A DNA stretch of 51,376 nt from Spirochaetota bacterium (GTDB lineage: Bacteria > Spirochaetota > UBA4802 > JAGODF01): assembly GCA_035380905.1 (NCBI GenBank), contig DAOSYC010000003.1, positions 2,668-54,043 on the forward strand, written 5' to 3'. Both the position numbers and the translations under genes were made by a program. Of this stretch, positions 1-9,500 are shown one piece after another (the stretch's first letter is position 1; each line of letters begins with the position of its first letter). Under the pieces are notes generated by a model, which saw nothing but the letters and a program-made list of their open reading frames with translations, was not told where the DNA came from and made no database searches.

Positions 1-243
1 AAATTATTTCATCTATAAAATATGGTTCTGTCAGGTTCATAGTGTGTATTCGCTCCTATACGAAGCAGCAGCCGTTCTGCGCTATGCACCGCATTAAGAA
101 GGATTTATCCTGTCGGTCTTTGTCTGCAACACTATTGAAGATGACGATCAGTAAAAGCATCATCAGATTCATTAAAATGGAATAACATATTTAATTTGTC
201 AATACTAAATATAATGAATGATGAACTGAAATATGTAAAAAAC

Positions 244-2340
244 CTACCGTATTGTACCGCATTTATTATGTAAAGATGTTCCCCGCTGTTGATTCGATGC
301 TATGGAGAGGTATACCTTCCTGCAGGTTTCTGCGGGATGGCCCGACGACGGTCTTCCGGATGATGAGGGTGCCTGGCTGCGGGGTTCGAAAAAGGAGAGG
401 GTGATATTGTTCTGCTCAGATGCCGCAAGAAACGGTTTGATGTATTTTCCATACTGGAAGTCTGAAGGCAGGTAGCATCTGCTTATATCTGCGTTTTTTA
501 TCAGACGTGTGTAGTGCCGCATGTTCCTGAATCCCGCTTCTGTAATGTAGAGCGAAATGTGTTTCATGTGATGACGGGTGATATAACGGATCAGGGCTTC
601 TGTATCGACCCGGCTCCCGAGCTTTCCGAAGAGAACCGGGTTTTCCGGGGTATTCTGTGTAGTCATTATGGAGTTTCCCGTCACAAGGATTCCGCATGAG
701 TCAAGGGGGCCCGCCGAATGCAAAAGCAGCACCGCCGCGAAAAAAAATGATATACCGAGGCATGGGAGTTGTACGGCCCTGAGTTTCCCTGCAGGGATGA
801 TCGGTGACAGGTAGAGGAGGTACGGAACAATGAGTGCCGGACCTGCGGTGATGTAGCTGAAATGAAGGTGAAGCCGTGAAATGAAACCGGCTGCACCGGT
901 TACTGCCGCATAGGCCCAGTCAACCGGTAACGCGAGAATTGAAATGTCCCATGGCACCATTGAGGAGACTGTGGTAAGAAGAATTGACCCTGCCAGAATG
1001 GCCTGGACCCCGGGGACAATGATGAGATTGGAAATCAGAGATGAGATATTAATTTCACTGAAATGAAAAAAGATAATGGGGAAAACGAGTACCTGCGCGG
1101 AAAGGGTAAGCGCAATGGGGTTTCTCAGAATTTTCGGCAGCATTGACAGGATTTCTCGGTAACTTCGGTACCATGTCAGAATGCCGAAGGTGGCACCGAA
1201 TGTAAGCTGAAATCCGATGCTGTACGGTTCGTAGGGATACATGATTATAAGTATTGTTCCCGCTGCGAAAAGCGCGTTGAACGGATTCCGGTCGAAATCA
1301 AACACGAACGTTACACCGAAAATGGCGCACATGATGAAGGCGCGCTGAAGAGAAACGGGCATGTCCGTGAGGTACAGATACAATGCGAGGAGCAGAATTG
1401 AGGATAAAAAAATAATTCTTTTGCTGATGCGGAACGGTGAAAGTAAAAGGAAAGGAATAAGTGCGATTATCGCGCAGTGTGTTCCGCTTGCCGCAAGGAT
1501 GTGCAGCGCCCCTGCTTCCCGGAAAAGCGTGACGGTGTTGCGGCTGATATAATTCTTGTTTCCGAAATACAGCGCTTTCAGCAGGGAGCAGGTCTCATTG
1601 TTGAACAGCGCTGCAGTCCTGGTTTCAATTGCTGTACGTATCCGGTCGCGCCATGAAGGTGTTCCCCGTGAAAGTACGGTATACTGGTCGTCACGTATAT
1701 AGAATGTTGCACGGAAACCTTTTCGCAGTAATTCCTGCCTGAACAGGGCGCCGTCTCCGGAGGCCTGATTTCTATTGAGGGGGCAGGCCTTTGCGTGAAG
1801 CACGATTTTGTCTCCGGGGCGCAGTTCTGCTGAACGGGGAGCATAGGCGATTGCTTTCAGCGGTAACGGGCTGTGTCCGGTGTTGTTCCCTGCGGATTCA
1901 ATCAGCAGGATAAGTTCCCTTGAATATGAAAGGGCCCGTGCGGACTGAACTTCTGCGGTGAATGGAGGGGCGAGTGCCGGTACCCCGGCATGGCCCGTAT
2001 TAGCATGATTCCTGATAACTGCTGCTGCGGCGCAGGCGGTTGTAATCAATAACAGAAACACCGTTGTACGAATTGGTATTTTCCAGCCTGGAGGATGTGT
2101 GCCGGCGATTGTGGTATCTGCAGACGGTACAGCATGTTGCCGGGGACGGTTTCCGGCAATAAAGGGTGCAGAGAGAACAGCCGCAACAGACAGCACCGAG
2201 GCAGCTATGCAGTCTCCGGGGAGATGAAAGAGATACCAGTTGTGCCACAATACTGCAGATGCACTGAACAGGAGGGTCGCGAGGGATGGTATTGCCAGGA
2301 GGGGTGCTATGCGTTTATATTCTTCCAACGTTATACACAA
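244..2340 (-). CDS. comEC: ComEC/Rec2-family DNA internalisation (competence) membrane protein
   Basis: 698-aa polytopic membrane ORF. Competence-domain signature GALHILAASGTHCAII (compare HLLAISGLH of ComEC). The C-terminal soluble tail looks like a degenerate metallo-beta-lactamase domain. The track start is a TTG that overlaps the upstream ORF by 26 nt, so the true start is uncertain. Confidence 0.7.
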   Translation of the reverse strand: MCITLEEYKRIAPLLAIPSLATLLFSASAVLWHNWYLFHLPGDCIAASVLSVAAVLSAPFIAGNRPRQHAVPSADTTIAGTHPPGWKIPIRTTVFLLLITTACAAAAVIRNHANTGHAGVPALAPPFTAEVQSARALSYSRELILLIESAGNNTGHSPLPLKAIAYAPRSAELRPGDKIVLHAKACPLNRNQASGDGALFRQELLRKGFRATFYIRDDQYTVLSRGTPSWRDRIRTAIETRTAALFNNETCSLLKALYFGNKNYISRNTVTLFREAGALHILAASGTHCAIIALIPFLLLSPFRISKRIIFLSSILLLALYLYLTDMPVSLQRAFIMCAIFGVTFVFDFDRNPFNALFAAGTILIIMYPYEPYSIGFQLTFGATFGILTWYRSYREILSMLPKILRNPIALTLSAQVLVFPIIFFHFSEINISSLISNLIIVPGVQAILAGSILLTTVSSMVPWDISILALPVDWAYAAVTGAAGFISRLHLHFSYITAGPALIVPYLLYLSPIIPAGKLRAVQLPCLGISFFFAAVLLLHSAGPLDSCGILVTGNSIMTTQNTPENPVLFGKLGSRVDTEALIRYITRHHMKHISLYITEAGFRNMRHYTRLIKNADISRCYLPSDFQYGKYIKPFLAASEQNNITLSFFEPRSQAPSSSGRPSSGHPAETCRKVYLSIASNQQRGTSLHNKCGTIR

Positions 2341-2902
2341 CTCCTACATTGATACCGTAGGAAAGCTTTGTCGAGTCCTGGCCCATGCCGAATTGTCCGT
2401 ACCTTCCCTGAAAGTCGAAAATAAATTTCCAGTCCAGTGAAAGGTTTACAATGCCTCCGATGGTGAGCAGCGGACCTCCTCCGCCGTCGTAGCTGCCGGT
2501 AGCGGGAGGTGTTTCAATGTATAACCCTATCCCCCCCGTTGCAAAAAAACCTGTACCCAGGGGGTACGCGTATTTTCCTGTGAATGTGTAGAGCAGGTGC
2601 TGAACGGATGTGTCTTTGCCTCCTTCTACGGTGTCATTTGCGTTTGCGATGTACTGCAGGGAAAATTCTCCCACAAGCTCTCTCACAAACACCGCGCAGA
2701 GTAGACCTCCGCTGTAATAGGTCCCGCTTATGTTTGCAGTTTCCTGATGGTCGGTGAACCAGTCGCTGTACTCAATCTGGTTTATGCCCCCCCCGAGAGT
2801 AACTCCCATGTAGGTGAAGAAATGCTCCTCGGCCCGCAGGGAGCCGGACAGGAATATCACGAGAAGAAGACATACGCACTGTGTCACCCGGGTTCCAGTC
2901 AT
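2315..2902 (-). CDS. small outer-membrane beta-barrel protein (OmpA/OmpX-like barrel)
   Basis: Signal peptide (CVCLLLVIFLSGSLRAEE). Gly/Tyr-rich alternating amphipathic strands (YYSGGLLCAVFV, LLYTFTGKYAYPLG, FIFDFQGRYGQFG, YGINVGVVYNV). Sits between the lolA-like gene and comEC on the same strand. Confidence 0.55.
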   Translation of the reverse strand: MTGTRVTQCVCLLLVIFLSGSLRAEEHFFTYMGVTLGGGINQIEYSDWFTDHQETANISGTYYSGGLLCAVFVRELVGEFSLQYIANANDTVEGGKDTSVQHLLYTFTGKYAYPLGTGFFATGGIGLYIETPPATGSYDGGGGPLLTIGGIVNLSLDWKFIFDFQGRYGQFGMGQDSTKLSYGINVGVVYNVGRI

Positions 2903-2907
2903 AACGG

Positions 2908-3519
2908 TTATTTGATATTTAACGGGTTTTTTACGGTTTGTGCGCTTGCGGGAGGGCTGAAGTCAAAAATACCGGGAGACATGCCTTCCCCCACAATAAC
3001 ACCTGACAATGAAATAGTCATTCCGCCTCCATCCTTTGTTTTCATAACCGCTTTTTTCAGGAGAAATGATGAATCGACAACGAGGGTGATGCTCGAATAG
3101 TGACGGTCATTATTTTTCAGTTTTATGGTATAGCCGCTGCCGCCCCCCAGGACGATCGCGGAATACCCTGACACGAGACCAGCGATGCCTCCGGACCTTC
3201 CTCTGCCGAGATCCTGGATGCCGCAAATATTGCTTGAGGGGCTGTAGACCCAGAGTTTTCTTCCATTTGATGCGATTATTTTCCCTGAAGGATTGCTGAA
3301 TTTGACATAAATTCTTCCCGGCGACATGAACTTGAAGTTCCCTGTATACATGAAACCGGATGAGTTGGTCCATGAGATTGTACCACGCATGGTGGAAATA
3401 CTTCCCATGCGTCCGCGGAATCTCTGCAGCGCTTCATCGCCAGTCATGGCGTACAGGTATGCTGTCGCGGAACATGTTGCAAAAATGATCAGTGCTGAAA
3501 ATATGGTTGTTTTCTTCAT
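2908..3519 (-). CDS. LolA-like outer-membrane lipoprotein carrier family protein
   Basis: Signal peptide MKKTTIFSALIIFATCSATAYLYA. LolA-type pattern GNFKFMSPGRIYVKFSNPSGKIIASNGRKLWVYSP. Only a 5-nt gap to the downstream barrel gene. Confidence 0.55.
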   Translation of the reverse strand: MKKTTIFSALIIFATCSATAYLYAMTGDEALQRFRGRMGSISTMRGTISWTNSSGFMYTGNFKFMSPGRIYVKFSNPSGKIIASNGRKLWVYSPSSNICGIQDLGRGRSGGIAGLVSGYSAIVLGGGSGYTIKLKNNDRHYSSITLVVDSSFLLKKAVMKTKDGGGMTISLSGVIVGEGMSPGIFDFSPPASAQTVKNPLNIK

Positions 3520-3626
3520 AAGTATAATCCCTTGTTAATATAATACGGTTATGTGTTAAAAAATCAAAGCTTTTTTGCCGCACTATTTATATTCGTAACA
3601 GTTTTATTGTATCCGGTGAAAGGTGC

Positions 3627-3655
3627 TTGACACAGTTTTATTCGTCAATTAAGAT
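3627..3655 (+). promoter_or_regulatory. sigma70-like promoter TTGACA-N17-TAAGAT upstream of the sigma factor gene
   Basis: TTGACA at 3627-3632 and TAAGAT at 3650-3655. It lies about 280 nt upstream of the ATG, implying a long leader. Confidence 0.35.
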
Positions 3656-3933
3656 ATTGGATTCCGGTAACATTTGTTCTTAATATACCGCGAACTGATA
3701 TAAATGTTGTGCAGAGAGTAAATAATTACAAAATTTTGTGTACGACACGGCTTTGTGCAACAATATTTTAATAATTATTCGATACGGCACAAAAATGGCT
3801 TGATGCATGGATTTCCGGATAATAGCGGATTAGCCCTTCCTTTTCTCGAGAATATACCGGATATTCGGGTGGATTGTTGTGTATGTATCAATAAAAATGA
3901 TGTAATGCTGACTCAGGGAAGAGAGCAATATTT

Positions 3934-4977
3934 ATGGTGAAGAGCAAAGTTGAAAAACCCTCAAAAGCAGCAGCACCTCGCCGGAGTGGAAAGGGTAGCG
4001 GTATTACAGGGAAATCTGCTGCGGTTACTCCTAAAAAGAAGAAGCTGAAACCGGAAAATGAAGATCTGATCATTGATGATGATTTTAACGGGGAAGATAC
4101 CGGTAAAGCCCCGGGGAAAAAGAAAAGGGCCCGTGCCGCTGATTTTTTTTCCGATTCCGCGATATCGTGGTATCTTGAGCAGATCAACAAAATTCCGCTC
4201 CTCACCAGGGAGGAGGAGGATACCCTCGCGCGGAGCGCTCGTGAAGGAGATGAACGGTCAAAGGAGCGGCTTATACAGTCGAATCTTCGTTTTGTCGTTT
4301 CCATTGCAAAAAAGTACCAGACCAGCGGCATATCGCTGCTCGATCTCATAAATGAAGGCAATATGGGACTCATTAAGGCTGCTGAGAAATTTGATCCTGA
4401 CAGGGGATACCATTTTATATCCTATGCGGTATGGTGGATACGTCAGGCTATAATACTGGCGATATCACAGAAAACATCCCTCATCCGGCTCCCCCTGAAC
4501 CGGACCGCAGACATGCAGAAAATTGAGAAGGTCCATAATAAGCTTGAAAACAAACTGGGACGTGAACCCACTCCCGGTGAAATCGCCGAAGAGCTTGATA
4601 TGGATGATGAGGAGATTAATCATCTCCGGAATATTTCACAGGATTATATATCTCTTGATGCGACATTCGGTGATTCTGATGATACCTCAATAATAAGTAT
4701 GGTGGAGGACTCAAGGATAGAATCGCCGGATAAAAAAGTTCTTGATGAATCACTGCAGGTTGCCCTTGATAGCGTATTAAATGAGCTGACGGATGCGGAA
4801 CGTGAAATAATCAAGATGCGTTTCGGCCTGAACGGGTACAAGCCGATGTCGCTGCAGCAGATCGGCGAGGAGTTTAATCTGTCCAAGGAGAGGATCCGGC
4901 AGATTGAAAAAAAGGCGATACGCCGCCTGAGGCATCCTTCCAGGAGCCACAAGCTCAAAAGTTTCCTGCAGGATTAA
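3934..4977 (+). CDS. RNA polymerase sigma-70 family factor, short group-2-like form
   Basis: Region 2 [37 protein letters not shown]. Region 4.2 [29 protein letters not shown]. Only 347 aa, with a Lys-rich N-terminal tail in place of region 1.1 and the non-conserved insert. Confidence 0.85.
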   Translation: MVKSKVEKPSKAAAPRRSGKGSGITGKSAAVTPKKKKLKPENEDLIIDDDFNGEDTGKAPGKKKRARAADFFSDSAISWYLEQINKIPLLTREEEDTLARSAREGDERSKERLIQSNLRFVVSIAKKYQTSGISLLDLINEGNMGLIKAAEKFDPDRGYHFISYAVWWIRQAIILAISQKTSLIRLPLNRTADMQKIEKVHNKLENKLGREPTPGEIAEELDMDDEEINHLRNISQDYISLDATFGDSDDTSIISMVEDSRIESPDKKVLDESLQVALDSVLNELTDAEREIIKMRFGLNGYKPMSLQQIGEEFNLSKERIRQIEKKAIRRLRHPSRSHKLKSFLQD

Positions 4978-4992
4978 ACACGGACTGGTGCT

Positions 4993-6081
4993 ATGAAATA
5001 TCTGATTCTTGGAGTTATATCCGGAGTATTCCTCGCTTTTATCCCTTTTCTGCAGCCCGAAAGCGGTATCGAAATCTATCCCGAGTGGCATGGTTCAGTG
5101 GAATCTATCCGCCAGATTGAGCCATCCTCCAATCCGGTGTTGTCGAAAAGTTCGGTTCCTCCGGTGACCCGTGGAAGTACTGTACATGTTCTGAACGGTT
5201 CAGGGACCCATAGTGCCGAGTATGACAGCGGAGATAAACTTACTGCGGTAAGCGGTAACGGCAGATATCTTGTCGAATTTGAAAAGGTGGGTTCATCCAT
5301 AGAGTTCATGAACCTGCAGGGTGAGCGGTTCTGGAAGCTGACCTCCCTCGAATATCCGTACCTTTCATTTGAGGGGAAACTGATACTGCTCCTGAACGGA
5401 GACCATAGCCGGATAAGGTTTGCTGATATAAACGGAAACATTATTGGCGCCCAGTCGGTCTCCGGACGTTTTTGTACGGTGATTTCTTTTTCGAAAACAG
5501 GGAATACCGCCGCTGCCGGTTTCCTTGACGGATCATACTGTCTTGTGGACACGAAGGGGGCGATTACTGCAAAGGGGAAAACCCCGGACAATACTGTTGT
5601 AAAAGGTATAGCGGTCAGCAGTAACGGCGGTTTCTGCGCGGTTCATTACGGAAACACAAAATCTGATCATGTCAGAATAGTAAATGTAGTGGAAAAGGAT
5701 GAAGAAACGTTTGACCTGCACAATGTGCACCTCGCGAGAACAGCATTGTATTGCGGCAATGACGGAAATGTCGCAGTTTTAGATAAAGACAGGCTTACAT
5801 TTACTGACAGTGACGGTGATGTGAACTTTTTCCTGAATGTCCCTGAGGCGAAAACCGGATATTCGAAAATCGACTATGGTAGGGGAATATACACAATCAC
5901 CTACAGTCTTTCCTCGGGTGGCGCGAAGTTTCTCATGCTTCGGGAGGACGGCAATGTCCTTTATACAAAAGATGTTATCGAGGAGCCGTTTCTTGACTGC
6001 AGGATTGACCGGGACGCTGTATTCCTGCAAGGAGCTCAATCGCTGATGTGTTACAGTATTCATTTTCCAAAGAATGAATAA
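4993..6081 (+). CDS. hypothetical membrane-anchored protein with repeated beta-strand-rich units (possible beta-propeller)
   Basis: N-terminal TM helix (YLILGVISGVFLAFIPFL). Recurring motifs such as TAAAGFLDGSYCLVDTKG, SSNGGFCAVHYGN and CGNDGNVAVLDKD. Starts 16 nt after the sigma gene stop. I recognise no family. Confidence 0.5.
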   Translation: MKYLILGVISGVFLAFIPFLQPESGIEIYPEWHGSVESIRQIEPSSNPVLSKSSVPPVTRGSTVHVLNGSGTHSAEYDSGDKLTAVSGNGRYLVEFEKVGSSIEFMNLQGERFWKLTSLEYPYLSFEGKLILLLNGDHSRIRFADINGNIIGAQSVSGRFCTVISFSKTGNTAAAGFLDGSYCLVDTKGAITAKGKTPDNTVVKGIAVSSNGGFCAVHYGNTKSDHVRIVNVVEKDEETFDLHNVHLARTALYCGNDGNVAVLDKDRLTFTDSDGDVNFFLNVPEAKTGYSKIDYGRGIYTITYSLSSGGAKFLMLREDGNVLYTKDVIEEPFLDCRIDRDAVFLQGAQSLMCYSIHFPKNE

Positions 6082-6889
6082 CGTCATCTGCGGTTTCCGC
6101 CAGGGTGTTGTTTCCCCTTTTTTCTGCACCGTTCTTTAGAATCCGGCATTTCTCCAGTGCAACGTCATTAGCCTCGTGGACATATTCCCGGGGCATACGT
6201 GTACCGGTTGTCGATAAAAGTCTGCAGATCGAATAAATTCTGAACCTGTCCATCCCCCAGGTGCTCCGTGAAAGCTGGTCGCCGTGTCCCCCGTGTTTGA
6301 TAATATGGTTTTCAGGAATAAAACCTGTTTCCTCCCGCCAGGTAGTGCGGAGCCAGAGATCGTAGTCTTCACATACAGGAAGGTCTTCATCGAAATAACC
6401 GTACTTCTCGAAAATTTCACGGCTGATCACAACGGCTGAAGGGCTGATAAGGCAGAGATGCAGGGACTGCGGGAAGATATATCCCCCCGTTTTACTGTGC
6501 CGGTTTTTGGGGTTGACCCGTTTCCCGTTCCGGATCCAGATTTCGTCAGTCTGATGGATGAGTATGTCGGGGAAGGTGCTGATGAATTCCGCCTGTACCT
6601 GAAGTTTGCCCGGGAGCCAGAGATCATCGCTGTCAAGGAGTGCGATATAGGGCGCTGATCCATGGCGTATTCCCGTGTTCCTCGCACTGCTTACACCGCG
6701 CTGTTCCTGGCGTATGTAGGTAATTCTGCTGCCGTACATTTCCTGTATATCCGGAGTGCCGTCGGTGGAGCCGTCATCAACAACAATTAACTCAAAGTCT
6801 TTGAAACGCTGGGCCAGTACGGAATCAATGGCACGGCACAGGGGTTCCAGCCTGTTGTATGAGGGGATAATGACAGAAAAAAAGGGCAT
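5975..6889 (-). CDS. family 2 (GT-A) glycosyltransferase
   Basis: FSVIIPSYNRLEPLCRAIDSVLAQ, ELIVVDDGSTDGT and the DXD motif LLDSDDLW. The 3' end overlaps the convergent ORF 4993-6081 by 107 nt. Confidence 0.8.
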   Translation of the reverse strand: MPFFSVIIPSYNRLEPLCRAIDSVLAQRFKDFELIVVDDGSTDGTPDIQEMYGSRITYIRQEQRGVSSARNTGIRHGSAPYIALLDSDDLWLPGKLQVQAEFISTFPDILIHQTDEIWIRNGKRVNPKNRHSKTGGYIFPQSLHLCLISPSAVVISREIFEKYGYFDEDLPVCEDYDLWLRTTWREETGFIPENHIIKHGGHGDQLSRSTWGMDRFRIYSICRLLSTTGTRMPREYVHEANDVALEKCRILKNGAEKRGNNTLAETADDVIHSLENEYCNTSAIELLAGIQRPGQSCSQETAPR

Positions 6890-6892
6890 TAT

Positions 6893-7567
6893 TTATTTAA
6901 AAAGAAATTTAACAGGATGTTTTTTTAGTTCCACCGAAATTTCATTCATGGTTTGTGCCGTCTTTTTAAATGTTTTTAATGTCTCAACAATATCCTGCTG
7001 CGATGAATTCATCATGGAACTGAAGGTTGCCGCGGTACTGGAGAGGTTGCCGAGCAGGTTGCGAAGGTTGCCTTTGCTCTCCGCGGATATTTCCCGGATT
7101 ACCGACGCGGTGCCGGACAGGGTGTTCAGTAGTACGTGGATGTCCTGCAGTACCACTTCGAGGTTCACAAGTTCAATCCCCTCAATTACGGCGCCGTCCC
7201 CGAGGGCAATACCAATACGCTCAGGGTTTTTCAGCTCAATTACCGGGTCACCGATGATATTCTGGTTTTGAATCACTGCAGTGCAGTTTTCGTAGAGCTG
7301 GATTTCACGCTGGAGCCTCATTACCGCGAGAAAGTGAAGAGCCGGTTTGTACACAGGTATAATTTCCACAACCCGGCCAACGGTGTATCCCTTAATTTTT
7401 ACAAGGGTCCCTTTTTTGATGGATGATATATTGTCAACCTTCAGGTAAATGTCAGTTGTTGAGCTCGCCACGGAATACCCGAGCTTTAGAAGCACGAATA
7501 TAAGCAGCAGCGCCGCGGGGATAAGTATGAAGATGGCAACTCTGAGTTCGTTTTTTTCAAGTTTCAT
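6893..7567 (-). CDS. MlaD/MCE-family substrate-binding component of an Mla-like ABC transporter
   Basis: Single N-terminal TM helix followed by an MCE-like core (VKIKGYTVGRVVEIIPV). Last gene of a permease-ATPase-MCE array on the same strand. Confidence 0.65.
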   Translation of the reverse strand: MKLEKNELRVAIFILIPAALLLIFVLLKLGYSVASSTTDIYLKVDNISSIKKGTLVKIKGYTVGRVVEIIPVYKPALHFLAVMRLQREIQLYENCTAVIQNQNIIGDPVIELKNPERIGIALGDGAVIEGIELVNLEVVLQDIHVLLNTLSGTASVIREISAESKGNLRNLLGNLSSTAATFSSMMNSSQQDIVETLKTFKKTAQTMNEISVELKKHPVKFLFK

Positions 7568-7580
7568 GACATTCTCCCGG

Positions 7581-8327
7581 TTACAGAATCCTCATGGGTC
7601 CATGAGAAGATGATTTCATGTACTGAGTGACGTACGAATTTGGTGACGAAGTCAAATCCGGGCCTGTGCCCTTAAAGACAATATTTCCATTATACAGCAT
7701 AATAAATGTATCGGCATATTCAATATAGCGCTGCGGCTCAAAGGTCGTTATAAGAATTGAAGTGTTGTGGTCCTCCGCTTTCCGGCGGAGGCTTGCAAGG
7801 TATGTCTGGGCATTGATGAGACACTGGCCTTCCAGGGCGTGTTCGAGGAGGAGCATCATGGGGTCAAGGGCAATGGCCCGGGCATAGGCGGTTTTCAGAA
7901 TTTCTGAACGGTGCAGGTCGACGGGCCGTATGTTTCTGCAGTGCGCGAGGTTCAGTTCCGTAATCAGGGTGTCAACTTTTCTGAAAACCTCGGATGATGA
8001 GAGGGTGCTGTGGTATTTCAGGGGAAGGGAGATGTTTTCCTCTACTGACATATTATTAATGAGGCCGTAAAATCTCTGGAGGTAGCCTATTTCCTTGCGG
8101 TAATTGTGCCGGGCGATATAGTCAAAGCTTTTCAGGTCGCTGTTTTTGTAAAAAATTTCCCCTTCGTATTCCGTGAGGATTCCTGCGGCCAGGGGACAGA
8201 TCAGGCTCAGGCCGGAATTTTCCGGGCCGAAGAACACGAAGGTTTCCCCGGCATTCAGGGTAAATGAAATGTCGATGAGTGGCGGCGAGTTCTCGCCGGA
8301 ATAGGAAATGTTTTCAAACCGCAGCAT
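7581..8327 (-). CDS. MlaF-like ABC ATPase homologue with degenerate catalytic motifs
   Basis: ABC-ATPase-length ORF that aligns by eye to MlaF. Walker A is GPENSGLS (Lys replaced by Leu). The signature is LHRSEI rather than LSGGQ. Walker B is MLLLEH rather than hhhhDE. The H-loop position reads TTFE. The Q-loop Gln is retained (GYLQR). Confidence 0.7.
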   Translation of the reverse strand: MLRFENISYSGENSPPLIDISFTLNAGETFVFFGPENSGLSLICPLAAGILTEYEGEIFYKNSDLKSFDYIARHNYRKEIGYLQRFYGLINNMSVEENISLPLKYHSTLSSSEVFRKVDTLITELNLAHCRNIRPVDLHRSEILKTAYARAIALDPMMLLLEHALEGQCLINAQTYLASLRRKAEDHNTSILITTFEPQRYIEYADTFIMLYNGNIVFKGTGPDLTSSPNSYVTQYMKSSSHGPMRIL

Positions 8328-8360
8328 AATATTCTTTATTGCTATCCATTCCGTGAAAAA

Positions 8361-9149
8361 TCAAAAATAAAACAGTGCTGACACAATTGCGTTGATGACA
8401 AAAAGAATAAGCAGGGTGCGCACCACTGCTTTTGAGACATATATCGGTATTTCGAAATCTGAATTAGGCTTGAATCCATAGTAGCAGCAGATAAGGGGGA
8501 TCAGTACGCCGTACAACAGGCTTTTGATAATCGTAATAATAAAGTCATTAATGCTGAATGAGTCAAGAAGGTTCGCAAAGAATATATCAATTGGAATAAA
8601 CACCGTTGAAAGCGAAATGATATATCCTCCGAAGAATGCTACGATATCAAAAATGATTATAAGAGAAAAAATAGATATAATCGATGCGAGAATTCGCGGA
8701 AAAACAATGTACAGCGTCGTGTCGATACCCATCAGCTCAAGGGCGTGAATTTCCTTCTGCTGTTTCTGTGTGGCAATTTCAGCCGCAATGGCGGAGCCGG
8801 ACCTGCTGACTACGATCATTGCCGTCGCGAGGGGGCCCAGCTCCCGGGCGATAATAATGACCAGAAGGTTGCCGATAAATTCCTCAATGCCGAACTTCGG
8901 GAAATTTTTTGTGGCCTGAATTATGACAGTTCCCCCGAGAAGCAGGGCAATGACAACAATGAGGGACATGGCGTCAATACCGGTAAATTTCGTCTGGTTA
9001 ACGGCGATAGAATATATTGACCTGAAACGGAGGTACCGGAGCGATTTGAATGATACAAATATTGACACGATAAAGTCGCGAAAACTTTTTACACCTTCAA
9101 GGGCGTTGAGAATTTTCCGGATCAGGGTAACTATTATATTTGTTTTCAT
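8361..9149 (-). CDS. MlaE-family ABC transporter permease
   Basis: 262-aa polytopic membrane protein of MlaE size and layout, directly upstream of the ATPase-like and MCE genes. Confidence 0.7.
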   Translation of the reverse strand: MKTNIIVTLIRKILNALEGVKSFRDFIVSIFVSFKSLRYLRFRSIYSIAVNQTKFTGIDAMSLIVVIALLLGGTVIIQATKNFPKFGIEEFIGNLLVIIIARELGPLATAMIVVSRSGSAIAAEIATQKQQKEIHALELMGIDTTLYIVFPRILASIISIFSLIIIFDIVAFFGGYIISLSTVFIPIDIFFANLLDSFSINDFIITIIKSLLYGVLIPLICCYYGFKPNSDFEIPIYVSKAVVRTLLILFVINAIVSALFYF

Positions 9150-9500
9150 TCTTGCAGGACCAGTCGTTCCATCCGTTTCTGAGCTTTGCTATTATCCAGA
9201 ACCTGTTTGTAAAGGCAGAAGTCTTTGAAAATGCCCAAAGTTTTTATATATATGTATCAGAGGCCCAGAATTTCAAGCACTTTATTCTGTGATGGCGGAG
9301 GTTCCCGCGGGTGGATTTTTAATTGATTTCACATGGTAAAGAGGGCGATAATAAAGATGGTGAACAGCAATGCTGTATCGCCTTAAAGAAAAATAATCCG
9401 CCTTCTGATGTAAAGAGGCAAAACTGATTGACATCATCCTGCCCCTCAACCCATTGTAAGTGAAGGCAATGCGATTTTTACTGAAAAAGAGATTATATAT

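Noticed and set aside
1-243. Possible short minus-strand ORF (about 37 aa, MNLMMLLLIVIF...) at the window edge, downstream of comEC.
   Set aside because: It is below any reasonable length or evidence threshold, has no RBS, and the region is at the edge of the window.
383-390. tRNA T-loop-like GGTTCGAA.
   Set aside because: It lies inside the comEC coding region. I could not build a flanking acceptor or anticodon stem.
3755-3940. 61-aa GTG-initiated ORF in the leader of the sigma factor gene.
   Set aside because: No RBS and non-protein-like composition. It overlaps the sigma start in another frame and is more likely untranslated leader.
3888-4373. Long ORFs antisense to or overlapping well-supported genes: 3888-4373, 5076-5591, 6756-7271, 9618-10142, 11272-11727, 32293-32667, 36440-36907, 48311-48787, 50378-51121 and many shorter ones.
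   Set aside because: Each lies opposite an ORF with clear family motifs. Their translations are low-complexity (Arg/Ser/Pro/Cys-rich) and lack RBS support. They cluster in the GC-richer parts, where shadow ORFs are expected.
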